54,662 bases of DNA from an uncultured Thermoleophilia bacterium (GTDB lineage Bacteria; Actinomycetota; Thermoleophilia; UBA2241). The stretch spans positions 1 to 54,662 of the forward strand of contig CAZJGT010000002.1 in the NCBI GenBank assembly GCA_964545565.1, written 5' to 3'. The notes under the pieces were generated by a model. It saw nothing but the letters and a program-made list of their open reading frames with translations, made no database searches and was not told the DNA's origin. The position numbers and the translations under genes are program-made. Of this stretch, positions 9,341 to 16,917 are shown piece by piece; within the stretch, counting starts at the first letter, position 1, and every line of letters starts with the position of its first letter.

Positions 9341-9430
9341 TCAACCACGTACTAGTGCGAAGAGCACGCTGGCGGTGACCACGAGCACGCCGATCAAGAG
9401 CACGACGCGGGTCGTGTGGACATGTCGCAT
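9341..9430 (-). CDS. 29-aa hydrophobic micro-protein (single predicted TM helix)
   Basis: Not in the track because it is too short. ATG 9430 ... TGA 9341 encodes MRHVHTTRVVLLIGVLVVTASVLFALVRG. GAGGGGG lies 9 nt upstream, overlapping the stop of the preceding gene. Third-position G+C is high. Confidence 0.3.
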   Translation of the reverse strand: MRHVHTTRVVLLIGVLVVTASVLFALVRG

Positions 9431-9444
9431 GGGCTTCGACCCCC

Positions 9445-9999
9445 TCAGACCATGGTGAATCGTTCGGTGTAGATCCTTGGCCACGGTACGCCTGCGCGGC
9501 GCAGCGATTGTTCCACCCCCTCCATCATCGGCGGGGGGCCGCAGATGAAGTACAGCCTCTCGGCCCGATCCTGCGGCAGATGGCGCTCGAGCAGCTCGAA
9601 GCTGATCCTGCCGCGTTCGCCGGGCCAGTCGTACGGCGGCTCGGAGAGGACGTAGACGAGCCGCAGGTCGAGCCGTTCGCGCAGCGCTTCGAGCTCGTCC
9701 CGAAACGTCACGTCATCCCACGACCGCGCGCCGTAGACGAGGAGCTGCGGGCGTGGGTCGCGGCGGTCGGCGAGCGTGCGCAGCATGCTCATGATGGGGG
9801 TTATCCCGACGCCCCCGGCAACGAACACGCAGCCGGGTCCGGGGTAGCGGTCGATGCTGAAGGCGCCGTGCGGCCCCTCCACGTAGGCGGTCGTGCCCGG
9901 TTGCACATCACCCAGGGTGCGGGTGAAGTCGCCCAGGGCTTTGATGGTGAACGCGAGGCGATAGGTATCTTCCGCGCGCCGACCTGATCGTGGAATCGC
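9445..9999 (-). pseudogene. 5'-truncated ferric-reductase/FNR-type oxidoreductase (end of FAD-binding domain plus complete NAD-binding domain only)
   Basis: The listed 153-aa ORF starts at an internal GTG. The same frame stays open upstream to a stop at 10000-10002 and reads ...YRLAFTIKALGDFTRTLGDVQPGTTAYVEGPHGAF. That is the C-terminal strand region of an FAD-binding domain. The flavin-binding motif and any N-terminal domain are absent, and there is no credible start or RBS. Confidence 0.5.
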
Positions 10000-10097
10000 T
10001 CACGTTCTATGTCAGGTGGAGGCTCTTGAGCCCGTTCCCTCCGAAGACGATACTGCCCAACGAGGGCCAACGTCCAAAGGAGGGGCCGTGACGATCA

Positions 10098-10424
10098 TGC
10101 CCGGGATGCGGTGTCGTCACCGACGACAGTGCCAAGCGGTTCTGCGGTCAGTGTGGAGCGCCATTGCGGGGGCAGCCTCCGCCGGTAGACACTTATCAGA
10201 CTCTCGCCAGCAAGGAAGCGAACGCTCGCCTTGATGCGGGCAAGCGGCTCCGTACAGAGGACCGGGCTGTACTCATGCGCGAGGCGGAGGCGCGCGGCGA
10301 GAAGGTGAGTACTGTCGACAAGGTCGGCGTGGGCCTGTCGCTCATCGGCCAGCTTGGCTGCTCCGTTATCGTACTCATCTTCTGCGTCCTCATGCTTTAC
10401 TCGTGCGCCGCCTCATCCTGCTAG
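10098..10424 (+). pseudogene. Zn-ribbon (CPGC...CGQC) protein with C-terminal TM helix; reading frame lacks a start codon (probable 1-nt frameshift)
   Basis: The frame of listed ORF 10164..10424 extends upstream to TGA 10089-10091 and reads RS-CPGCGVVTDDSAKRFCGQCGAPL..., with no ATG/GTG/TTG before the motif. A strong SD (AAAGGAGGGG, 10076-10085) followed by GTG 10088 / ATG 10097 sits in the adjacent frame. Codon usage has many A/T third positions, atypical for this window. Confidence 0.45.
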
Positions 10425-10505
10425 ACGGACGTCAATGACACATCGGCCGCAGCGAGAAACGCGAAAGCCCGGCCCCATAGCGGCGAGCCGGGCCGTGCGT
10501 AGCAG

Positions 10506-10796
10506 TTACGCCTTCGGCCAGGCGCCGAGCGCCTTTGTCCACTCAGCATCCTTGAAGACGACCCGGTACCAGACGGTCGCCTAGGTCCAGATGAGGCCGC
10601 CGAAGACGAGCACCGACTGGGCGCTCAGGTCGCCCCAGGCGTCGATGATGCCCCCAACGTCGCCGTTCAGCCACGCCGTGGCGAGCCCGAACAGGGCCGT
10701 CATGACGAGCGAGAGCACGAGCTTCACCCACGCCGGCCAGGCGGCCTGCTTGACCAACTGCGTCGCGAGGAAGGTGAGGAACCCTCCGACGAGCAC
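10506..10796 (-). pseudogene. Small multi-TM membrane protein ORF interrupted by an in-frame TAG (71 codons + TAG + 24 codons)
   Basis: Listed ORF 10581..10796 ends at TAG (10581-10583). The same frame continues as ATVWYRVVFKDAEWTKALGAWPKA to TAA at 10506-10508. Third-position G+C is very high on both sides of the TAG. Confidence 0.4.
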
Positions 10797-10813
10797 GGCT
10801 GCTCGCCATCCTC

Positions 10814-11191
10814 ATGGCGGCGGTCATCGTCTTCGGTGTCGCGGACGTCTGCTACGTGCTCTGCAAGCGTCTCCTGGCAGAGCCGTCCGGCCTGCTCGAG
10901 ATCACCGACATCCTGGCGACCTTCGGCGCCTTCATGGCCGTCCTCATCGCGATCGAGATCTTCGTCAACATCGTCAGCTACCTGCGCGACGACGTGATCC
11001 ATGTGCGCATCGTGCTGGCGACGGCCCTCATGGCGATCGCCCGGAAAGTCATCATCCTCGACTACACGACGACGCCGTCCGAGTACGTCTACGCGACCGC
11101 GGCCGTCGTTGCGGCCATGGCGCTCGCATACTGGCTCGTCATGAAGACGCCCAAAGCGGACGCCGAAGACGTCGACCCCGGGGCGATGTGA
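10814..11191 (+). CDS. psiE: PsiE-family (phosphate-starvation-inducible E-like) membrane protein, possibly N-terminally shortened
   Basis: 125-aa ORF with the core IAIEIF...IVLATALMAIARKVIILD typical of PsiE. The frame is open 12 codons upstream (GTLRRARLLAIL) but has no start codon there. Only 17 bp separate it from the divergent ORF. Confidence 0.6.
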   Translation: MAAVIVFGVADVCYVLCKRLLAEPSGLLEITDILATFGAFMAVLIAIEIFVNIVSYLRDDVIHVRIVLATALMAIARKVIILDYTTTPSEYVYATAAVVAAMALAYWLVMKTPKADAEDVDPGAM

Positions 11192-11248
11192 GCCGCTGAG
11201 CGCGCCGCGAACGACAGGAGGGCGCAGGGGCGAGCCACAACGCCTGCG

Positions 11249-12082
11249 TCAGCGGTTTGCCGCTTCCCCTTCGCCCGCGTCGGCGTCGCCTTGGTCGGCC
11301 GGACCTGCGTACCCCGCGATGTCTTGCCGGCCCTCGGACAACTCCTCCTCCATGCGGCGGCTGAGGCGGCTCTGCTGGCCGAGGTTCTGGACCACCAGCG
11401 CGACGACGGTGATGAGGTAGAGCTGACCGAAGATCGCCTCGAGGATCGCCAGCATGCGGCCGACGCCGGTCGCGGCGGTCAGATCGCCGTAGCCTGTCGT
11501 CGTGATGGTCACGAAGCTGAAGTACAGGTAGTCGACGATGGGCGTGGTCGCGGGCGTCATGGTGAGCTCGGCGAAGAACTGCTCTCCGCTGACGAGCGCG
11601 ATCAGGCCGTAGGCGCTGGCGAACAGCATCGCGATCAGCAGGTAGACGCATACCGCGCCGTAGAACGTGTTCAGGCTGATGACGGGGTGTGCGACCAGAC
11701 GCTTGAGGATCGCGATGGGGGCGACGACCACGAGCAGGATGATGACTGCCTTGGTGACGATGGTCGCACTATCGTCGTCGCCGGTGAGTACGAGCACGAT
11801 GGCGATGATCGTCATCAACGGGATGAGAGCCAGGGCGAGACGCAGGATGCGGCGCTGTACCTGCGCGGCGCGGAGGGCCAGCCAGGTGGTCGCGGCGAAG
11901 ATGATCATGGAGACGATGCGGCCGGCGTCGCCGTCTCCGGCTGCGGCGATCACGAAGTAGCTGACGATGAGCAGCAGCAGGACGAGACCGAAGCTGTCGG
12001 CGAACCGTGGGGAGTCCTCGAGCAGACGGTGGCGACGCCGGCGGCGTGGGTCTTCGGCCGTGTTCATCTTCTCGTCCATCAT
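11249..12082 (-). CDS. Potassium channel (TTTGYGD selectivity filter)
   Basis: Listed ORF trimmed to ATG 12082 (MMDEKMNTAED...). Multiple TM helices, a pore helix plus the TTTGYGD filter, and an acidic C-terminal tail. The start could also be 12079 or 12067. Confidence 0.8.
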   Translation of the reverse strand: MMDEKMNTAEDPRRRRRHRLLEDSPRFADSFGLVLLLLIVSYFVIAAAGDGDAGRIVSMIIFAATTWLALRAAQVQRRILRLALALIPLMTIIAIVLVLTGDDDSATIVTKAVIILLVVVAPIAILKRLVAHPVISLNTFYGAVCVYLLIAMLFASAYGLIALVSGEQFFAELTMTPATTPIVDYLYFSFVTITTTGYGDLTAATGVGRMLAILEAIFGQLYLITVVALVVQNLGQQSRLSRRMEEELSEGRQDIAGYAGPADQGDADAGEGEAANR

Positions 12083-12217
12083 CAGTACGGACTGTATCCC
12101 ACTGCGGCGTGCCCGGCACCACTTGCCGGACGCCGCCTGCTTCGCCCGGCACCGCAGGTGGCCGGCGGTCTGGCGCGAAGCCCCTTGCTGTACACTCGCC
12201 GACAAGCACGGTCAGAA

Positions 12218-13147
12218 ATGCGAAACGGCAACTACACGACATACTCTTCGCGCTCAGACGCGGGCCGGCGCCGGCGCAAGCAGCAGACCCGGCGGCGGCG
12301 CCTGCTCTTGCTCGTCTTCGTGGTCGTGGTCGCCGGAGCGGTCGTCGCCACGGTCTTCGTGGCACGCGGGCGCGCCGACGACGGGGCGAGCGGCGACGGC
12401 GGACCGGGCGCCGAGGCGGCCGTTTCCGGCAGCCCGAGCCCGTCGCCGACCCCGCCGCCCGAGGTGTGGGCGGCCGGCAAGGCGGACCCCGTCCGCGTCT
12501 GGGTCGGCGGCGACTCGATGGGCGGCGAGCTGGGATTCGCTCTCGAGCCTGTCCTCGAGCAGACCAAGGGCTTCAAGACCATCACCTACTACAAGGAGTC
12601 GACCGGCATCTGTCGCTATGACTTCTTCGATTGGGGCGGGCAGATCAAGAGCATGATGAAGACCGCCGAGCCTGATGCGACGGTCATCATGATCGGGACC
12701 AACGACACCCAGTCGGTCTGGAAGGGCGGGAAGTGGATCGCGTACGGCACGTCGGCCTGGAAGCGGGCGTACGAGGATCGCGTCGGCGAGATCATGGACA
12801 CCATGCTCGAGGGGGGCGCTCGGCGCGTGTACTGGGTGGGCATGCCGATCATGGGCGAGGGCTGGCGCAACTCGCGCATGAGACTCATCAACAGGATCTT
12901 CCGGAAGCAGGCGGAGGAGCGGCCCGGCGCCGAGTTCATCGACATCTGGGGGCTCTACGCCCACGCCGACGGATCGTTCGACCCCTCCCTGCGCCTCGGT
13001 GACCGGGTGCACTTCACGATCGCGGGTCAGGGACTGCTTGCGGATGCCGTCTACGAGGCGATCAAGCAGGACTGGTTGCCGGACGGCTCGGCCGCTCCGG
13101 GCTCGCCGTCGCCGGCGAGCCCCTCGGCGTCGGCCTCCTCGATCTGA
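12218..13147 (+). CDS. Membrane-anchored SGNH/GDSL hydrolase (DUF459-like), paralogue 1 (no MBOAT partner)
   Basis: Listed ORF 11291..13147 trimmed to ATG 12218 (MRNGNYTTYS...). It has an Arg-rich tail, one TM helix (LLLLVFVVVVAGAVVATVFV), then SGNH blocks GGDSMGG, GTNDTQ and GDRVHFT. Confidence 0.8.
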   Translation: MRNGNYTTYSSRSDAGRRRRKQQTRRRRLLLLVFVVVVAGAVVATVFVARGRADDGASGDGGPGAEAAVSGSPSPSPTPPPEVWAAGKADPVRVWVGGDSMGGELGFALEPVLEQTKGFKTITYYKESTGICRYDFFDWGGQIKSMMKTAEPDATVIMIGTNDTQSVWKGGKWIAYGTSAWKRAYEDRVGEIMDTMLEGGARRVYWVGMPIMGEGWRNSRMRLINRIFRKQAEERPGAEFIDIWGLYAHADGSFDPSLRLGDRVHFTIAGQGLLADAVYEAIKQDWLPDGSAAPGSPSPASPSASASSI

Positions 13148-13236
13148 CGCCGCGCGAGACGCGCGATGAGCCGGCGCCCGTCGTGCTTCGCCGGTGCGGT
13201 AGCGTCGCATCGCCGTGAGAGGATAATGGGAGCATC

Positions 13237-14073
13237 ATGATCCTGTACCTCGCCGCCATCCCCGGGCACGTGTTCGACGACGCCAAGCGGCCGCTGTTCG
13301 CGCTGCTCGTGGGGTTCCTCCTGACGTTTCTGGTCGCCCGGCTGAACACGCGCCTCACGCGGCGTCACGGCCGTTCACACCTCCGCATCGGCAGCGTGGT
13401 GACGCCGGGCGGGATCCACATCCACCACTCCGTCTTCGGCATCATCGGCATGGTCGTCGCCGGCATCCTGACCTTCGCGATGCAACCGAGCAGCCCGTTG
13501 CTCGAGCTCCTGGCGCTCGTGTTCGGGGGTGGCGTCGCGCTCACCCTGGACGAGTTCGCGCTGATCCTCCACCTCGAGGACGTCTACTGGACGGGCGAGG
13601 GGCGCAAGAGCATCGACGCGGTGATCCTCGGCCTCACGTTCATCACGTTGCTGCTCACCGGTCTGTTGCCGCGCAGCATCAGTGAGGTCGGCGACTACGT
13701 CACCATCTCGCGCTGGGTCGGGTTCTCGCTCATCCTGAGTGGTACCGCGTTCGTCGTCGTCTGCTACCTCAAAGGGAAGTTGTTCGTCGGCACTGTGGGC
13801 ATCTTCGCGCCGCCGGTCGCCCTGATCGGGGCGTTCCGCCTGGCCAAGCCCGGATCACTGTGGGCGCGCCGGCGGTACGCCGGCAATCCTCTCAAACTGG
13901 GACGGGCTCGGCGTCGCGATGAAGGGTTCAACCAGACGTGGGAGCGGCGCAAACACCGGCTCTGGGACATGATCGGCGGCAAGCCGGTCCTCAGCCTCCC
14001 GCATCGAGACAGGGGTCGTGGCGACAGCCAGGGCCGCGGACCTCGCGCAGGCTCGCGCCAGTCGCACGTGTAG
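13237..14073 (+). CDS. Conserved 6-TM integral membrane protein of unknown function (HIHH motif)
   Basis: 278-aa ORF with GGGAG 5 nt upstream of the ATG. Six hydrophobic helices, a GGIHIHHS motif and a basic C-terminal tail. Confidence 0.65.
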   Translation: MILYLAAIPGHVFDDAKRPLFALLVGFLLTFLVARLNTRLTRRHGRSHLRIGSVVTPGGIHIHHSVFGIIGMVVAGILTFAMQPSSPLLELLALVFGGGVALTLDEFALILHLEDVYWTGEGRKSIDAVILGLTFITLLLTGLLPRSISEVGDYVTISRWVGFSLILSGTAFVVVCYLKGKLFVGTVGIFAPPVALIGAFRLAKPGSLWARRRYAGNPLKLGRARRRDEGFNQTWERRKHRLWDMIGGKPVLSLPHRDRGRGDSQGRGPRAGSRQSHV

Positions 14074-14096
14074 GCGGCGCGACGCGCGGGGGCGCC

Positions 14097-15266
14097 TCAG
14101 CGGTCGCGAGGCGCAGCTTCGGCGACGGCTGCTCCAAGGCGGCTCGCGCCCTCGACGAGGCTTGCCTCGTCGTACAGGCTGAAGGCGAGTCGCAGGCCCT
14201 GGTCGGCGCCGTCGGCGCAGAATCGCCGGCCCGGCGCGAACGCGACGTCGTGCCGCTCCGCCACCGGCAGGAGTTCGGAGGCGCAGAGGCCGGGCGGGAG
14301 CGTGACCCAGAGGAAGAAGCCACCGGCCGGCACCGTGAAGCCGCAGCCGGCCGGCAGGTGCTCGCGCAGCGCCGCTGCGAGCGCGTCGCGGCGCGCGGCG
14401 TAGGCGCGGCGCAACGCGCTGACGTGGGCATCGTAGGCGCCGCTCTCGAGGACCGCGGCGACCACGTGCGCCGGGAACTGGCTGACGCAGCCGCCGCTCT
14501 CGAGTACGCCGGCGCCGGCCAGGTGCTCGCGCAGCGCGATTGGGGCATCGGCCCAGCCTACGCGCAGCCCCGGCGCCAACGACTTGGAGAACGAGCCGAG
14601 CCGCACGACGGGAGCCCCCGGGTCGAGTGTGCGCAGCGCCGGGGGCGGCGCGCCCGCATAGACGAGCTCGCGGTACGCGTCGTCCTCCACGATGACGAGA
14701 TCGTGACGCCGCGCGATCTCCAGCAGGCGCTCGCGTCGAGAGACTGAGAGGCTGATGCCGGCGGGGTTGTGGAAGGTCGGGATGGTGTAGACGAGGCGCG
14801 GCCGGCGGCCTGCCTCGCGGACGGCCAGCACCGCCGCCTCCAGCGCCTCCACGTCGAGTCCCTGGTCGTCGAGCGCGATCCCGGAGATCGTCACCGCGTG
14901 GTCGGCGATGATACCGAGAGCCAGGTTGTACGTGGGGCATTCGACGAAGACCACGTCTCCCGGCTCCGTGAGCATCGTCATCACCTGGTCGAGCGCCTGT
15001 GATATGCCGCCGGTAACGAGGATGTCCTCGGCGACGACGACACGTCCTTCGTGCGTGGTCGCTCGTCGTGCGATCGCCGCGCGCAACTGGGCCGGCCCGG
15101 CCGGCGAACCGTACGCGAGCGCGCCCTGACCCCCGGCGCCGAGCGCTTCGGCCGCCGCGTCGTGGATCAGCCCGACCGGCAGCAGTGCCGGGTCGGGCTC
15201 ACCGAAGGCGAGCTCGACCACACCGGCGCGGAGCGTGTTCTGGGTTACCTGGGGTGAGTCGGCCAC
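14097..15266 (-). CDS. PLP-dependent aminotransferase, class I/II (2-aminoadipate/aromatic aminotransferase-like)
   Basis: 389-aa ORF with a GTG start. SFSKSLAPGLRVGW carries the pyridoxal-lysine motif, and PTFHNPAG is present. Confidence 0.85.
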   Translation of the reverse strand: MADSPQVTQNTLRAGVVELAFGEPDPALLPVGLIHDAAAEALGAGGQGALAYGSPAGPAQLRAAIARRATTHEGRVVVAEDILVTGGISQALDQVMTMLTEPGDVVFVECPTYNLALGIIADHAVTISGIALDDQGLDVEALEAAVLAVREAGRRPRLVYTIPTFHNPAGISLSVSRRERLLEIARRHDLVIVEDDAYRELVYAGAPPPALRTLDPGAPVVRLGSFSKSLAPGLRVGWADAPIALREHLAGAGVLESGGCVSQFPAHVVAAVLESGAYDAHVSALRRAYAARRDALAAALREHLPAGCGFTVPAGGFFLWVTLPPGLCASELLPVAERHDVAFAPGRRFCADGADQGLRLAFSLYDEASLVEGASRLGAAVAEAAPRDR

Positions 15267-15369
15267 ACCGGCATGATACGCGAAGAAGAGCAGGACGCGG
15301 CTGCGACGCGGCGAACCTCGGCTGGTAGCCGGTCGTCCCTTTCCCTAGACTGGGCTCGAGAAGCACCCC

Positions 15370-16917
15370 ATGCTGTTCCCGACCATCACATTCGCCGTCT
15401 TCTTCGTGCTCGTCTTCGTCGGGAACTGGATGCTCATGCCCCGACAGCGGCTCTGGAAGCCGTTCATGCTGGTCGTCAGCCTCGTCTTCTACGGCTGGTG
15501 GGACTGGCGCTTCGTGGTGCTGCTGGCGCTCAGCGCTCTCGCCAACCAGTCCTTCGCCCTGTGGATCGCGGGGATGCCGCGCGGGTCGGGACGCAAGTGG
15601 GCGCTCGCCGCGGCCGTCGCCGCCAACCTCGGCGTGCTCGGGGTGTTCAAGTACTACGGCTTCTTCGTCACCTCGGTCGTGAACTTCCTGGGCGCGTTCA
15701 ACCTCAACGCCGACCTGCCGCTTCTGCGCATCCTGCTGCCGATCGGCATCTCGTTCCTCACCTTCCGCGTCCTCAGCTACGTGATCGACGTCTACCGCGG
15801 CACGCTGCGGCCGGCCTCGCTGCTGGACTTCTCCGTCTACGTCGCCTTCTTCCCGTACCTCGCCGCCGGCCCGATCGCCCGTGCGTCGGAGTTCCTGCCG
15901 CAGCTCAGGGGGCCGCGCGACCCCCGCAACGTGGACACGGCGCGCGCCTTCGCACTCATCTTCGGCGGTCTCGTCAAGAAGATGCTGATCGCCGACTTCC
16001 TCGCCACGCGGCTCGTCGACGGCGTCTTCACGACGCCTGGTCAGTACTCGTCGCTCGAGGTGCTGGTGGGCATCGTCGGTTACTCGGTGCAGATCTACTG
16101 CGACTTCAGCGCCTATGCCGACATCGCCATCGGGGTCTCATTGCTCCTCGGGTTCGAGCTCCCGGACAACTTCAACGCGCCGTACACGGCCGTCTCGGTG
16201 CAGGACTTCTGGCGACGCTGGCACATGACGCTCTCGCGCTGGCTGCGCGACTACCTGTACATCCCTCTCGGCGGCAACCGCAAGGGTCGGACGCGCACGT
16301 ACGTGAACCTGATGCTCACGATGGTGCTCGGCGGCCTTTGGCACGGAGCCGGCTGGACCTTCGTCTTCTGGGGCTTTCTGTACGGCGCCGCGCTCGTCGT
16401 CGAGCACATGCGCCTGGACCGGCGCAAGGACCGCGCGTTGGTGGTGCGGCGGCAGCGCCTGGAGCTTGCGGCGGCTCTCCAGGGCCTGGCCGACGGCGCG
16501 CCCCCGCCGGAGGGCCCGGGCGCGCCGGTCGCGCCGGCGGCCGCCGGCGGTCCGGCGCTCGAGTACGACCGCCGGCCGTGGCACGGGAGCGTGCTGCCGC
16601 GCATCGGCGTGTTCGCCTTCGTCACCTTCGCCTGGGTCTTCTTCCGCTCCGACACGTTCGGGGCCGCGGCGAGCGTGATCGCACGGCTGTTCCAGGGCTG
16701 GGGCTCCGTCGGCGCCGCCGTCACCCCCGGCGTCATCCTCGCCATCGCCGTCGGGATCGGCGTGCAGTACGTGCCGCGTTCGTTCTGGGAGCGCGGCGAG
16801 GCGCGGCTCTCGGTACTCAACCCGGCGCTGCAGGGAATCCTCCTGGCGGCGGGCTTCATGCTCCTCGACGTCCTCGGCCCTGCCGGTCCGGCGGCCTTCC
16901 TCTACTTTCAGTTCTGA
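15370..16917 (+). CDS. MBOAT-family O-acyltransferase (AlgI/DltB/PatA-like), copy 1
   Basis: 515-aa ORF, polytopic, with the conserved FWRRWHMTLSRWLRDYLYIPLGGNR histidine block. It has a ~45-aa Pro/Ala-rich insert near the C-terminus that copy 2 lacks. Confidence 0.9.
   Translation: MLFPTITFAVFFVLVFVGNWMLMPRQRLWKPFMLVVSLVFYGWWDWRFVVLLALSALANQSFALWIAGMPRGSGRKWALAAAVAANLGVLGVFKYYGFFVTSVVNFLGAFNLNADLPLLRILLPIGISFLTFRVLSYVIDVYRGTLRPASLLDFSVYVAFFPYLAAGPIARASEFLPQLRGPRDPRNVDTARAFALIFGGLVKKMLIADFLATRLVDGVFTTPGQYSSLEVLVGIVGYSVQIYCDFSAYADIAIGVSLLLGFELPDNFNAPYTAVSVQDFWRRWHMTLSRWLRDYLYIPLGGNRKGRTRTYVNLMLTMVLGGLWHGAGWTFVFWGFLYGAALVVEHMRLDRRKDRALVVRRQRLELAAALQGLADGAPPPEGPGAPVAPAAAGGPALEYDRRPWHGSVLPRIGVFAFVTFAWVFFRSDTFGAAASVIARLFQGWGSVGAAVTPGVILAIAVGIGVQYVPRSFWERGEARLSVLNPALQGILLAAGFMLLDVLGPAGPAAFLYFQF

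Noticed and set aside
10506-10796. Pyrrolysine decoding of the in-frame TAG, prompted by the MttB-family gene in the same window
   Set aside because: The MttB homologue has no amber codon, and no pylS/pylT/pylBCD-like genes are visible here. The TAG lies in a locus with two other damaged genes, so a nonsense mutation is the simpler reading. It remains listed as a finding to verify.
15273-16916. N-terminal 548 codons of the 942-aa ORF (15273..18101)
   Set aside because: It is out of frame over the MBOAT gene, with Arg/Pro/Ala low-complexity composition. The real SGNH gene starts at ATG 16917.
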